This document shows positions 40,456 to 50,547 of a stretch of 64,000 nt of DNA, piece after piece. The first letter of the stretch is position 1. Each line of letters opens with the position of its first letter. The notes under the pieces were generated by a model. The model was not told where the DNA came from. It was given only the letters and a program-made list of their open reading frames with translations, and ran no database searches. A program made the position numbers and the translations under genes. Origin of the DNA: Betaproteobacteria bacterium (GTDB lineage Bacteria > Pseudomonadota > Gammaproteobacteria > Burkholderiales > Burkholderiaceae_C); contig RFTU01000004.1 of NCBI GenBank assembly GCA_009923315.1, positions 3,187 through 67,186 on the forward strand, read 5' to 3'.

Positions 40456-41211
40456 ATGAAAAAGACCATCCTCTCGACTGCCCTGAGTGCCGCTGTATGG
40501 ACCCTGGGCGCCGCGGCCCCCGGTTGGGCCCAGGCTCAAACCGCTGCACCCGAAGCCAGCCCCCTGACCTTCAATGCGGGCGTGGTCTCCGAGTACCGCT
40601 ACCGCGGCATCTCCCAAACCCGTTTCCAGCCGGCCGTGCAAGGCGGCGCGGATTACGCCTTTTCCAATGGCTTTTACCTGGGCGCCTGGGCCTCCACCAT
40701 CAAGTGGATCAAGGACTCCAAGGGCGGCGCCGATGTGGAAATCGACCTCTATGGCGGCTACAAGGGCACGATCACCGAAGGCGTGACCTATGACGTGGGT
40801 GCCCTGCGCTATGTGTATCCCAGCAACGGCCTGAAGCCCAGTGCAGACACGCAGGAAATCTATGGGGCGTTCACCGCCGGCGCCTTCACCGTGAAGTACT
40901 CCCACGCCACGTCCAACCTGTTCGGCTTTGCCAACAGCGCAGGCAGCGGCTATCTGGACGTCACGGCCAGCTTCGACATCGGCGCAGGCTACACGCTGGC
41001 CCCGCACGTGGGTCACCAGCGCGTGGACGGCAAAGGCAACGGCATCTATTCCTACACCGACTACTCGCTCACCCTGAGCAAAGACTTCAGCGGCGTGGTG
41101 CCCAGCATCACCCTCATTGGGACCGATGCACAGAAGGGTTCCTACGTGGCGCCCAATGGCAAGCAACTGGGCCGCAGCGGCGTGGTCGTGGGCCTGAAGT
41201 ACAACTTCTGA
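40456..41211 (+). CDS. TorF-family putative outer-membrane porin (TIGR02001-like)
   Basis: Within ORF 40414..41211. Starting at MKKTIL gives 251 aa. It has a signal peptide, alternating beta-strand pattern and motifs SEYRYRGISQT, GFYLGAWAS and DLYGGY. The C-terminus is GLKYNF. Confidence 0.6.
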   Translation: MKKTILSTALSAAVWTLGAAAPGWAQAQTAAPEASPLTFNAGVVSEYRYRGISQTRFQPAVQGGADYAFSNGFYLGAWASTIKWIKDSKGGADVEIDLYGGYKGTITEGVTYDVGALRYVYPSNGLKPSADTQEIYGAFTAGAFTVKYSHATSNLFGFANSAGSGYLDVTASFDIGAGYTLAPHVGHQRVDGKGNGIYSYTDYSLTLSKDFSGVVPSITLIGTDAQKGSYVAPNGKQLGRSGVVVGLKYNF

Positions 41212-41238
41212 CGCCAGTCGTCATCAAGGAGACGTTTC

Positions 41239-41550
<312 letters not shown>

Positions 41551-41551
<1 letters not shown>

Positions 41552-43062
41552 TGAAGAAGCTCGTAGCCACCTTTGCCCTGGCGCTGGCCGCCGTGGGTTT
41601 CCTGGGTCTGGCCGCCGCGCCCGACCTGAGTTGGGCGCAGGCCGCGCCGGCCGCTGCCGCTGCGGCGTCCGCCACGGCCGATGCCGCGGCCGCTGCGCCC
41701 GCCACGGCAGCCGCTGAAGCCGCTGCCGCTGCGCCCCTGCCCGTGCCCAACAAGGGCGACACCGCCTTCATGATGATCGCCACGGTGTTGGTGATCTTGA
41801 TGACCATCCCCGGCCTGGCCCTGTTTTACGGCGGCTTGGTGCGAAGCAAGAACATGCTGTCGGTGCTGATGCAGGTCTTCGTCATCTTCGCGCTGATCTC
41901 GGTGCTGTGGGTGGTCTACGGCTACTCGGCGGCGTTCACAGCGGGCAACCCGTTCATCGGCACGCTCGACAAGCTGTTCCTCAAGGGGGTCACGCCGGAA
42001 ACGGTGGCGGCCACCTTCAGCAAAGGCGTGTACTTGCCGGAACTGACCTTCGTGGCCTTCCAGGGCACGTTTGCCGCCATCACCACCGCCCTGATCGTCG
42101 GCGCCTTCGCCGAGCGGATCAAGTTCTCAGCGGTGCTGCTGTTTTCGGTGCTGTGGTTCACCTTCAGCTACCTGCCGATCGCCCACATGGTCTGGTACTG
42201 GGACGGCCCGGATGCCATCACCAACGAAGAAACCTTGGCCACCGTCACCGCGGCAGCCGGCTTCCTGTGGGCCAAGGGCGCACTGGACTTCGCCGGCGGC
42301 ACCGTGGTGCACATCAATGCGGCCATGGCGGGCCTGGTGGGCGCCTACATGTTGGGCAAGCGCGTGGGTTACGGCCGCGAAGCCATGGCCCCGCACAGCC
42401 TGACGCTGACCATGGTGGGTGCCTCGCTCCTGTGGGTGGGCTGGTTCGGCTTCAACGCCGGCTCCAACTTGGAAGCCAACGGCACGGCGGCGCTGGCCTT
42501 CCTGAACACGGTGGTCGCCACGGCCGCGGCCACGCTGGCCTGGTGCGCCGGTGAAGCCCTGCTCAAGGGCAAGGCGTCCATGCTGGGCGCCGCCTCGGGC
42601 GCGGTGTCGGGCCTGGTGGCCATCACCCCGGCCTGCGGCTTCGTGGGTGTGGGTGGCGGCTTGGTGATCGGTCTGCTGGCCGGCTTCATCTGCCTGTGGG
42701 GCGTGAACGGCTTGAAGAAGATGCTCGGCGCTGACGACAGCCTCGACGTATTCGGCGTGCATGGCGTGGGCGGCATCCTGGGTGCGTTGCTCACCGGCGT
42801 GTTCGCCTCGCCCGACCTGGGCGGCACCGGCATCTGCAACTACGTCACCAACAAGTGCGGCGACGTGGCCGATTTCCCCGGCGTGGCCGCTCAGGTGTGG
42901 ATCCAGGCCCAGGGCGTCATCACCACGATCGTGTGGTCGGGCATCGTGGCCTTGGTGATGTTCAAGATCGTGGACATGGTGATCGGACTGCGCGTGACCG
43001 AAGAGGAAGAGCGCGAAGGTCTGGACATCTCTTCCCACGGCGAGACGGCGTACAACCGCTGA
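41551..43062 (+). CDS. amtB: ammonium transporter
   Basis: The ATG overlaps the glnK TGA (TGATG). Motifs: DTAFMMIATVLVILMTIPGLALFYGG, DFAGGTVVHINA and GVHGVGGILGALLTG. Confidence 0.9.
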
Positions 43063-43138
43063 TCGCCCACGGGCCCGGCTGGCGGCCTCCCCAGGCGCGC
43101 CGGGTCCCCGAACGATTGTTCTCCTCGGTAAGCGAGTT

Positions 43139-43170
43139 GGGGCCCTCCGGAAACGGAGGGCCCCTTTTTT
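43139..43170 (+). terminator. rho-independent terminator after amtB
   Basis: ggggccctccg-gaaa-cggagggcccc, an 11-bp perfect stem, is followed by tttttt. Confidence 0.85.
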
Positions 43171-43182
43171 CATCCCGGGCGG

Positions 43183-44160
43183 TCAGTCCGCGGTGATCTT
43201 GCGCGTGCGAATGATGTGGCCCCAGTAGTCGGTTTCGCGGGTGACCAGTGCCGCCAGGCCCGCCGGGTCGCTGTAGCGGATCTCCACGCCGAACTTCTCG
43301 GCCGCCGCCTTGGCCTCCGGCGTGGCCAGGGCCTTGCGGGTGGCTTCGGCGAGCTGAGCCACCACCGGCGCAGGCGTGCCGGCTGGGGCGAACAACGCCA
43401 CCCAGGCCTCCAACTCGAAGCCGGGCATGCCGGCCTCGGCCACCGTGGGCACATTCGGCAGACCGGGGTGGCGCGTCTTGCCGGTGACGGCATAGGCCTT
43501 GAGCTTGCCCGCCTGCACATGCTGCATCACCGACGGTGGTGTGGTGATGAACACCTGGACCTGCCCGCCCAGCACATCGGCGATGGCCGCGCCCGAACCC
43601 TTGTAGGGCACATGGACCATGTCAGTGCCGGTGGCCTGTTCGAACAGGGCGGTGCCGACATGGGCCAGGGATCCGTTGCCCTGTGAAGCGTAGTTGAGCT
43701 TGCCGGGGTTGGCCTTGAGATAGGCGGCGAACTCCTTGAGGGTGTTGGCCGGCACCGAGGGGTGCGCGGTGATCACATTGGTGGCCGCCGTCAGCTGGGC
43801 GATGGGAGCGAAGTCCTTTTGTGCCCAGGGCAGCTTGGCGAACATGGCGGGGTTGCCCACATGGTTGGCCGAGTAGGAGATCAGGAGCGTATGGCCATCC
43901 TTGGGTGCGCCGGCCACCGCCTGCATGCCGATGTTCCCGCTGGCCCCGGGCTTGTTTTCGATGACCACGCTGCCTCCCAGCGCCTTGGCCAACTGCTCGC
44001 CCAACAGGCGTGCCGAGGCGTCCACCACCCCACCGGGCGAGTAGGGCACGATCAGGGTGATGGGCTTGCTCGGGTAGGCCTGAGCCCAGGCAGCGTCCGT
44101 GCCCAGGGCCGCACAGGCGGCAGCCGCGGCGGCGGTGATCAGGTGTCGGCGGGTGTTCAT
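43183..44160 (-). CDS. tripartite tricarboxylate transporter substrate-binding protein (Bug/TctC family)
   Basis: Within ORF 43183..44184. Motifs: YPSKPITLIVPYSPGGVVDASARLLGEQL and ENKPGASGNIG are typical Bug-family motifs. No tctA or tctB is adjacent. Confidence 0.8.
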   Translation of the reverse strand: MNTRRHLITAAAAAACAALGTDAAWAQAYPSKPITLIVPYSPGGVVDASARLLGEQLAKALGGSVVIENKPGASGNIGMQAVAGAPKDGHTLLISYSANHVGNPAMFAKLPWAQKDFAPIAQLTAATNVITAHPSVPANTLKEFAAYLKANPGKLNYASQGNGSLAHVGTALFEQATGTDMVHVPYKGSGAAIADVLGGQVQVFITTPPSVMQHVQAGKLKAYAVTGKTRHPGLPNVPTVAEAGMPGFELEAWVALFAPAGTPAPVVAQLAEATRKALATPEAKAAAEKFGVEIRYSDPAGLAALVTRETDYWGHIIRTRKITAD

Positions 44161-44390
44161 GGTGGTTTTCTCCGTTGGGGTCATGACAGCGTGGCGAAGT
44201 ATGGCGCGAGCGGCCCATTCAGGTGGACGGCCGGCGCCAGTTGCGAAATCGTCCCGTTCGGTTTGCCGCTGGCCAATCGCCCGGGCAGCTCCAACTCCCT
44301 AGAATGCCCGATCGCGGCCGTGGCGACGACCGCCGGGCGTCCGCCGTATGGCCGCAGCGCCACAGCCGCGCTCCTGACCGAAGGAACTTC

Positions 44391-45686
44391 ATGGTCCCCC
44401 ACCTCATCACGGCCCTGACCGGCCCCATCAACGAACTCGAGCAGCGCATTCTCGAATCGATGCCGGCCATCGAGCGCTGGTTTCGGCTGGAGTGGATGGA
44501 GCACACCCCGCCGCTGTACACCTCGGTCGACGTGCGAAATGCCGGCTTCAAGCTGGCGCCGGTGGACACCAACCTCTTTCCTGGCGGTTGGAACAACCTC
44601 ACCGAGGAGATGCTGCCCCTGGCCGTTCAGGCCGCCATGGCCGCCATCGAAAAGATTTGCCCGGAGGCCAAGAACCTGCTGCTGGTCCCCGAGCGGCACA
44701 CGCGCAACACCTTCTACCTGATGAACGTGCAGCGTCTCATGCAGATCTTCACCCAGGCTGGGCTCAATGTGCGTTTGGGCACCCTGGACGAGACCATCGA
44801 CAAGCCGACCCAGCTCGACCTGCCCGACGGGGGCTCGCTCACGCTCGAGCCCCTGATACGCACCCGCCATCGCCTGGGCCTCAAGGATTTCGACCCCTGC
44901 ACCATCTTGCTCAACAACGACCTCTCGGCCGGCATTCCGGCGGTGCTGGAGAACCTGCATGAGCAGTACCTCTTGCCGCCCCTGCACGCCGGCTGGGCCG
45001 TGCGCCGCAAGAGCAAGCACTTCCACAGCTACGAAGAAGTGGCCAAGAAGTTCGCCAAGCTCATGGGCATGGACCCCTGGCTGATCAACCCCCTGTACGC
45101 GCAATGCGGCCAAGTGGATTTCGCCCAAGGGCAGGGCATGGAGTGCATCCAAACGCAGGTGGACGCCCTGATCACCAAGGTGCGGCGCAAGTACAAGGAA
45201 TACGGCATCCAGGAAAAGCCCTTCGTGGTGGTCAAGGCCGATGCCGGCACGTACGGCATGGGCATCATGACCGTGCGCGATGCGGCCGAACTCAACGAGA
45301 TCGGGCGGCGCACCAAGAACAAGATGAGCGTGATCAAGGAAGGCCAACCGATCTCCGAAGTCATCATCCAGGAGGGGGTACTCACCAACGAACGGGTCAA
45401 CGATGCCGTGGCCGAACCGGTGGTGTACATGCTCGACCGCTATGTCGTCGGCGGGTTCTACCGGGTGCACGCCGAACGGGGTGTGGACGAGAACCTCAAC
45501 GCCCCTGGCGCTGCGTTCGTGCCCTTGGCTTTTGCCGAGCCGAACCACCTGCCCCGCCCAGGCGTCAAGCCTGGCGCTTCGGCTCCCAACCGCTTCTACA
45601 TGTATGGCGTGATTGCCCGCCTGGCCATGTTGGCCGCCAGCTATGAGTTGGAGGCCACGGACCCGGACGCCGAGGTCTACGACTGA
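44391..45686 (+). CDS. gshA: glutamate--cysteine ligase (proteobacterial group-2 type)
   Basis: Within ORF 44223..45686. Starting at MVPHLITALTGPINELEQRIL gives 431 aa. It matches my recollection of betaproteobacterial GshA. gshB lies 2.9 kb downstream. Confidence 0.75.
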   Translation: MVPHLITALTGPINELEQRILESMPAIERWFRLEWMEHTPPLYTSVDVRNAGFKLAPVDTNLFPGGWNNLTEEMLPLAVQAAMAAIEKICPEAKNLLLVPERHTRNTFYLMNVQRLMQIFTQAGLNVRLGTLDETIDKPTQLDLPDGGSLTLEPLIRTRHRLGLKDFDPCTILLNNDLSAGIPAVLENLHEQYLLPPLHAGWAVRRKSKHFHSYEEVAKKFAKLMGMDPWLINPLYAQCGQVDFAQGQGMECIQTQVDALITKVRRKYKEYGIQEKPFVVVKADAGTYGMGIMTVRDAAELNEIGRRTKNKMSVIKEGQPISEVIIQEGVLTNERVNDAVAEPVVYMLDRYVVGGFYRVHAERGVDENLNAPGAAFVPLAFAEPNHLPRPGVKPGASAPNRFYMYGVIARLAMLAASYELEATDPDAEVYD

Positions 45687-45804
45687 GAGCCGCCATCCGC
45701 TACAGTTTGACCTTGGGCGCAAATTGATGTTGCGGTGCAGCATTTTTTGTGCACAATCCACGTCCTGATCTTCTGAAGGCCTGCCGCGGCAGACCGCCTT
45801 CTCC

Positions 45805-47691
45805 GTGACCCCCCCCTCCACAGCCAACCGCACCCCCACTGTCCAGGCCACCTTGGCACTGGCCGCCTTGGGCGTGGTGTACGGCGACATCGGCACCAGC
45901 CCGCTGTACGCGCTCAAGGAAGTCTTCCACGGCGGCCACGTGGCGCTGACGGCCGACAACATCCTGGGCGTCCTGTCCCTGCTGTTCTGGACCATGACCA
46001 TCGTGGTCAGCGTCAAATATGTGCTGCTGATCCTGCGCGCGGACAACAACGGCGAGGGCGGTTTGATCGCCATGCTGGCCCTGGCCACGCAGGCGGTGAA
46101 GGACCAACCTCGTCTGTACCGTTCGCTGATGATGTTGGGCCTGTTCGGCACGGCCATCTTCTTCGGTGATGCCGTGATCACGCCCGCCATGACGGTGCTG
46201 TCCGCCGTGGAGGGCATAGACGTCTACGCACCGCAGTACCACGACCTCATCGTCCCCCTATCCCTGCTGGTGCTGGCCGGCCTCTTTGCCGTGCAGCGCT
46301 TCGGAACCGCGCAGGTCGGCCGTGCCTTCGGGCCCCTGATGCTGTTGTGGTTCACCACCCTGGCGCTGCTGGGGATCCCTTCCATCGTCGAGAACCCGGC
46401 GGTGCTGTCCGCGCTCAACCCGACCCATGCCCTGCGCTTTGGCCTTGACAACGGCTGGATTGCCTTCGTGGCCTTGGGCGCGGTGGTGCTGGTGGTCACC
46501 GGGGGCGAGGCCCTGTATGCCGACCTGGGCCATTTCGGCAAGCGGCCCATCCGCATCGCCTGGTACGGCGTGGTGATGCCCTCGCTGGTGCTCAACTACT
46601 TCGGCCAAGGCGCGCTGCTGCTGCGTTCGCCCGAAGCGATCCAGAACCCGTTTTTCCTCATCGCCCCCGAATGGGCCGAGATCCCCTTGTTCGTGCTGGC
46701 CACGGTGGCGGCCATCGTCGCCTCCCAGGCCCTGATCACGGCGGCTTTCTCGGTGACCAAGCAGGCCGTCCAGCTCGGCATCCTGCCGCGCATGCGCATC
46801 CTGCACACCTCGGTACGCGACACGGGTCAGATCTACGTGCCCTTCATCAATTGGATGCTGTTCGCCTTCGTGGTGGTGGCCGTGTCCTTTTTCGGTTCAT
46901 CGAGCAAGCTGGCCGGTGCCTATGGCGTGGCGGTGACCATCGACATGACCATCACCACCGTGATGACCTTCTTCGTCATCCGATACGGCTGGAAATATCC
47001 GCTGCCGCTGTGTTTCCTGGCGACCGTCTTCTTCTTCATCATCGACGTGGCCTTCTTGTCTTCCAACCTGCTCAAGCTCTTTGCCGGCGGTTGGTTCCCC
47101 CTGGCCATCGGCTTGGCCATGTTCACCCTGATGCTGACGTGGCGTCAGGGGTCGGCCCTGCTGCGTGAACGCCTGCGTGAAGAAGCCATACCGCTGCAGG
47201 ACTTCCTGGACGCGGTGTTCGTGCATCCGCCCACCCGCGTGGCCGGCACAGCCGTCTTCATGACGCCCGATCCGGGCCTGACGCCCACGGCCATGATGCA
47301 CAACCTCAAGCACAACAAGGTGCTGCACGAGCGCAACCTATTCGTCACCGTGCGCCATCATGATGTGCCCTGGGTGGGCTTCAATGAGCGCCTTGAGGTC
47401 GACGCATTGGGTCACGATTGCTGGGCGGTCACCTTGAACTTTGGCTTCAAGAACGAGCCAGACGTGCCCCAGGCCCTGGGCCTGCTCAAGACGCACGGTG
47501 TGGCCCTGGATGACATGGACACGAGCTACTTCCTCAGCCGGGACATCGTGATCCCGACGCTGGGTCAGGGCATGGCCATGTGGCGCGAAAAGCTGTTCGC
47601 CGGCCTGCACCGAAACGCCGCTGCGGCCGCGGACTTCCTTCGCCTGCCCACCAACCGCGTGGTCGAGCTGGGCTCCAAGGTCGAGATCTGA
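45805..47691 (+). CDS. kup: potassium transporter Kup
   Basis: 628 aa with a GTG start. [24 protein letters not shown] is the canonical Kup/HAK N-terminus. Confidence 0.9.
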   Translation: MTPPSTANRTPTVQATLALAALGVVYGDIGTSPLYALKEVFHGGHVALTADNILGVLSLLFWTMTIVVSVKYVLLILRADNNGEGGLIAMLALATQAVKDQPRLYRSLMMLGLFGTAIFFGDAVITPAMTVLSAVEGIDVYAPQYHDLIVPLSLLVLAGLFAVQRFGTAQVGRAFGPLMLLWFTTLALLGIPSIVENPAVLSALNPTHALRFGLDNGWIAFVALGAVVLVVTGGEALYADLGHFGKRPIRIAWYGVVMPSLVLNYFGQGALLLRSPEAIQNPFFLIAPEWAEIPLFVLATVAAIVASQALITAAFSVTKQAVQLGILPRMRILHTSVRDTGQIYVPFINWMLFAFVVVAVSFFGSSSKLAGAYGVAVTIDMTITTVMTFFVIRYGWKYPLPLCFLATVFFFIIDVAFLSSNLLKLFAGGWFPLAIGLAMFTLMLTWRQGSALLRERLREEAIPLQDFLDAVFVHPPTRVAGTAVFMTPDPGLTPTAMMHNLKHNKVLHERNLFVTVRHHDVPWVGFNERLEVDALGHDCWAVTLNFGFKNEPDVPQALGLLKTHGVALDDMDTSYFLSRDIVIPTLGQGMAMWREKLFAGLHRNAAAAADFLRLPTNRVVELGSKVEI

Positions 47692-47697
47692 AGCCCG

Positions 47698-48471
47698 TCA
47701 GTGCAGGGCTTCCAGGCGCTGCTCGACGCCGTGTTCACCGATGGACAACACCGAGCCCGCAGGCACCGGGCGCCAGCTTGACTCGTCGCCCGCCAAGGGC
47801 TCGGAGGCGACGGTCACGCCCGTGTGACCTTGCTGCAGGTACAGGGACGGCGGCCGCTCATCGCTGCTGAGCCTGAAGACATGCAGGCGCTGGCCGTCGC
47901 TGAGCGCGGCGGCAAATCGCAAGGGCTCCCCAATGCCGTGGTGGCGCATTTCGCGCCGCGCTTGGCGCAGGGCCCACATCACCGCCTCACCGGCCTCCAA
48001 ACCCTCTTCCAGGCGAGAAAGCGCCAGCAGGAACAGCAACTCGGAATCCGTGGCGCCCTTGCGGTGCGCGTAGAGGTGGTCGGGCAACTGGGCTTCCAGT
48101 GCGCGCCGCACCGAGGGGTAGCCGCCGATCTGGCCGTTGTGCATGAACAGATACGGGCCCATGCGGAAGGGGTGGCAGTTGCTGCGGGCGATGCCGCCAC
48201 CGGTGGCCGCGCGCACATGGGCGAAGAACAGCCCGGCGCGCACCGTGGCGGTCAGGGCCAGCAGGTTTTCATCGGACCAGGCCGGCATCACCTCGCGGTA
48301 GACCGCCGGCTCGGCCTTGTCGCCATACCAACCGATGCCGAAGCCGTCACCGTTGGTGACGGACTTGGCGTGTTCGGCGTGCAAGGACTGCTGCACCAAC
48401 GAATGCTGAGGCCGGGCCACCAACTCTTCCAGGAAGATGGGGGCACCGCGGTAGGCGACGAAACGGCACAT
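47698..48471 (-). CDS. class II (Ntn-type) glutamine amidotransferase family protein, YafJ/EgtC-like
   Basis: Within ORF 47698..48645. Starting at MCRFVAYRG places the nucleophile Cys at position 2. Motifs: NGDGFGIGWY, FAHVRAAT and NCHPF. 257 aa. Confidence 0.65.
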   Translation of the reverse strand: MCRFVAYRGAPIFLEELVARPQHSLVQQSLHAEHAKSVTNGDGFGIGWYGDKAEPAVYREVMPAWSDENLLALTATVRAGLFFAHVRAATGGGIARSNCHPFRMGPYLFMHNGQIGGYPSVRRALEAQLPDHLYAHRKGATDSELLFLLALSRLEEGLEAGEAVMWALRQARREMRHHGIGEPLRFAAALSDGQRLHVFRLSSDERPPSLYLQQGHTGVTVASEPLAGDESSWRPVPAGSVLSIGEHGVEQRLEALH

Positions 48472-48586
48472 CAGCAGATTTTCGCGCAGACCCTGCGCAA
48501 GCGACAAGCGCTGGGCGCCCCAGGGGTCGCCGCACTCGGCAAGGACGGCGCCTTTGTGCAACAGTTGATCCTCGAACGGAGCCACC

Positions 48587-49621
48587 ATGAAACTGTTGTT
48601 CATCGCCGACCCGCTGGAGTCCTTCAAGATCGCCAAGGACAGCACCTACGCCATGATGCGCGAGGCGCAGCGGCGCGGCCACACCTTGATGGCCTGTGAG
48701 CCCAAGGACGTGCGCTGGCTGCGCGGGGAGAAGGTCACCGCCTTTGTGCGCGACGTCGCCGTGCTCGACACACCGGTAGACCCCTACGAGTGGTTCACGG
48801 CTGCGCAAGCCGCGCCGTACGAGCGCCCCCAGGTGCTGGCCGAGGTGGACGCGGTGCTCATGCGCAAGGACCCGCCGTTCGACAGCGAGTACTTCTACGC
48901 CACGCACCTGCTCAGCCAGGCCGAGCGCGAGGGCGCGCGGGTCTTCAACAGCCCCCAGGCCCTGCGCGACCATCCGGAAAAACTGGCCATCCTGGAGTTC
49001 CCCGAATTCATCGCACCGACCTTGGTCACGCGAGACGCCGCCGACATCCGTCGCTTTCACGCCGAGCACGGCGACATCATCCTCAAGCCTCTGGACGGCA
49101 TGGGCGGGATGGGCATCTTCCGTGTGCGCGACGACGGCCTGAACCTGGGCAGTGTGATCGAAACCCTCAACCGGCATGGTGCCCAGACCGTCATGGTGCA
49201 GCGCTACTTGCCGGCCATCGCCGAAGGTGACAAGCGGGTGCTGGTCATCGGAGGTCAACCGGTGCCCTATTGCCTGGCGCGCATTCCGCAGGGCGGCGAG
49301 GTGCGGGGCAACCTCGCGGCCGGTGGGCGCGGTGAGGCGCGAGAACTCCACACCCGCGACCGCGAAATTGCGCAGGCCTTGGGCCCCGTGTTGGCGGCTC
49401 GGGGCCTGCTCCTGGTGGGGCTGGATGTCATCGGTGATCGACTCACCGAGATCAATGTCACCAGCCCCACTTGCTTTGCCGAGATCACCGCGCAGACGGG
49501 CTTTGATGTGGCGGCCTGTTTTATCGATGCGTTGGAGATTGCCGTCATGACGCGCCGATCCGGCGCCTGGTCGGCCTTTCGAGCGGGCACCGCTACCCCG
49601 ACCCCCCCGGCCGGCCCTTAG
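48587..49621 (+). CDS. gshB: glutathione synthetase
   Basis: MKLLFIADPLESFKIAKDSTYAMMREAQRRGH is followed by the ATP-grasp motifs KPLDGMGGMGIF and GDKRVLVIGG. There is a C-terminal extension of about 25 aa. Confidence 0.9.
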   Translation: MKLLFIADPLESFKIAKDSTYAMMREAQRRGHTLMACEPKDVRWLRGEKVTAFVRDVAVLDTPVDPYEWFTAAQAAPYERPQVLAEVDAVLMRKDPPFDSEYFYATHLLSQAEREGARVFNSPQALRDHPEKLAILEFPEFIAPTLVTRDAADIRRFHAEHGDIILKPLDGMGGMGIFRVRDDGLNLGSVIETLNRHGAQTVMVQRYLPAIAEGDKRVLVIGGQPVPYCLARIPQGGEVRGNLAAGGRGEARELHTRDREIAQALGPVLAARGLLLVGLDVIGDRLTEINVTSPTCFAEITAQTGFDVAACFIDALEIAVMTRRSGAWSAFRAGTATPTPPAGP

Positions 49622-49629
49622 AACCAGGC

Positions 49630-50496
49630 ATGCGCTCCTTCATGGGCATGAGCCCCTGCGCCGTCGTGGCGCTCAGGGGCCTGGTGCTGGCCGGTGGTTT
49701 GGCCGCGGCCCTCGTCGCCCGGGCGCACGACACCTGGTTCGAGCGCCATCCATCGTCCACGCCACAGCGCCCGGTGATGGTGCTGGGCACCGGCAACCAA
49801 TTCCCGGTGGTCGACTCGCGCAACGACATCCACAGCCTGGTGCGCAGCGGCTGCCAGTCGGGTGCGGTCGTGCAGGGCCCCCTGGAGGAGGCCGAGCCTC
49901 GAGCCGAGGCCTTGGTGCTGTCCCCGCCAAGAGAACTGCCGCGTTCGCCCCGCGTGACGTGTTGGGCACAGCTGCAGCCCTTTGAGGTGGACCTGGTGGA
50001 CGGGCTGGTGGAGGTCTACTTCAAGGAGGCGATGCCCCCTGCATCGGTGCGCCAGGCCTGGGCGGCGCAAAGGGCGCGCGGACAACCCTGGCGTGAGCGC
50101 TATGTGAAGCATGCGCGCATCGAATGGTTCACCGAGGCCCCGGCGGCGCCGGCCGCGCCACCCGCGCCACCCGCTCCTTCGGGCATGGGCCTGGATGCCC
50201 TCATGCTGCAGCCCCTCAAGCCACCGCGAGTGGGCGATGACCTGGAGTTCCTGGTGCTCAAGGACGGTCAGCCGATGGCGCAGTTCTCGGTCGAGTTCCG
50301 TCTGCAGACCTCTCGACTGGGTCTGTGGCGCCGCACCGACGATCACGGCCGCGTGCGCCTGCGCGCACCGTCGGCCGGCTCTTGGCTGCTGCGGGGCATC
50401 GAGCTCACACCGCCGGAGCCCGGCTCCCGCGAACCGCTCTGGCAGGGTCTGTTCATCACCCTGGCCTTCGAGGTGCGCCCACTGCTGCGGCCCTGA
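49630..50496 (+). CDS. periplasmic DUF4198-like protein
   Basis: 288 aa. A signal peptide is followed by AHDTWF. The beta-rich C-terminus (FLVLKDGQPMAQFSVEF...DDHGRVRLRAPSAGSWLL) resembles DUF4198. The assignment is from memory. Confidence 0.45.
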   Translation: MRSFMGMSPCAVVALRGLVLAGGLAAALVARAHDTWFERHPSSTPQRPVMVLGTGNQFPVVDSRNDIHSLVRSGCQSGAVVQGPLEEAEPRAEALVLSPPRELPRSPRVTCWAQLQPFEVDLVDGLVEVYFKEAMPPASVRQAWAAQRARGQPWRERYVKHARIEWFTEAPAAPAAPPAPPAPSGMGLDALMLQPLKPPRVGDDLEFLVLKDGQPMAQFSVEFRLQTSRLGLWRRTDDHGRVRLRAPSAGSWLLRGIELTPPEPGSREPLWQGLFITLAFEVRPLLRP

Positions 50497-50547
50497 GCCC
50501 CTGCCGGCGCCTGCGCCGTCACCGTGTGCGAAGGCGACAATCCCGCC

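Noticed and set aside
45687-45804. Possible riboswitch or leader upstream of kup (palindrome CTGCCGCGGCAG and GTGCAGCATTTTTTGTGCAC)
   Set aside because: I recognise no match to a known K+- or c-di-AMP-responsive RNA. Short GC palindromes are frequent here, so there is insufficient evidence for a call.
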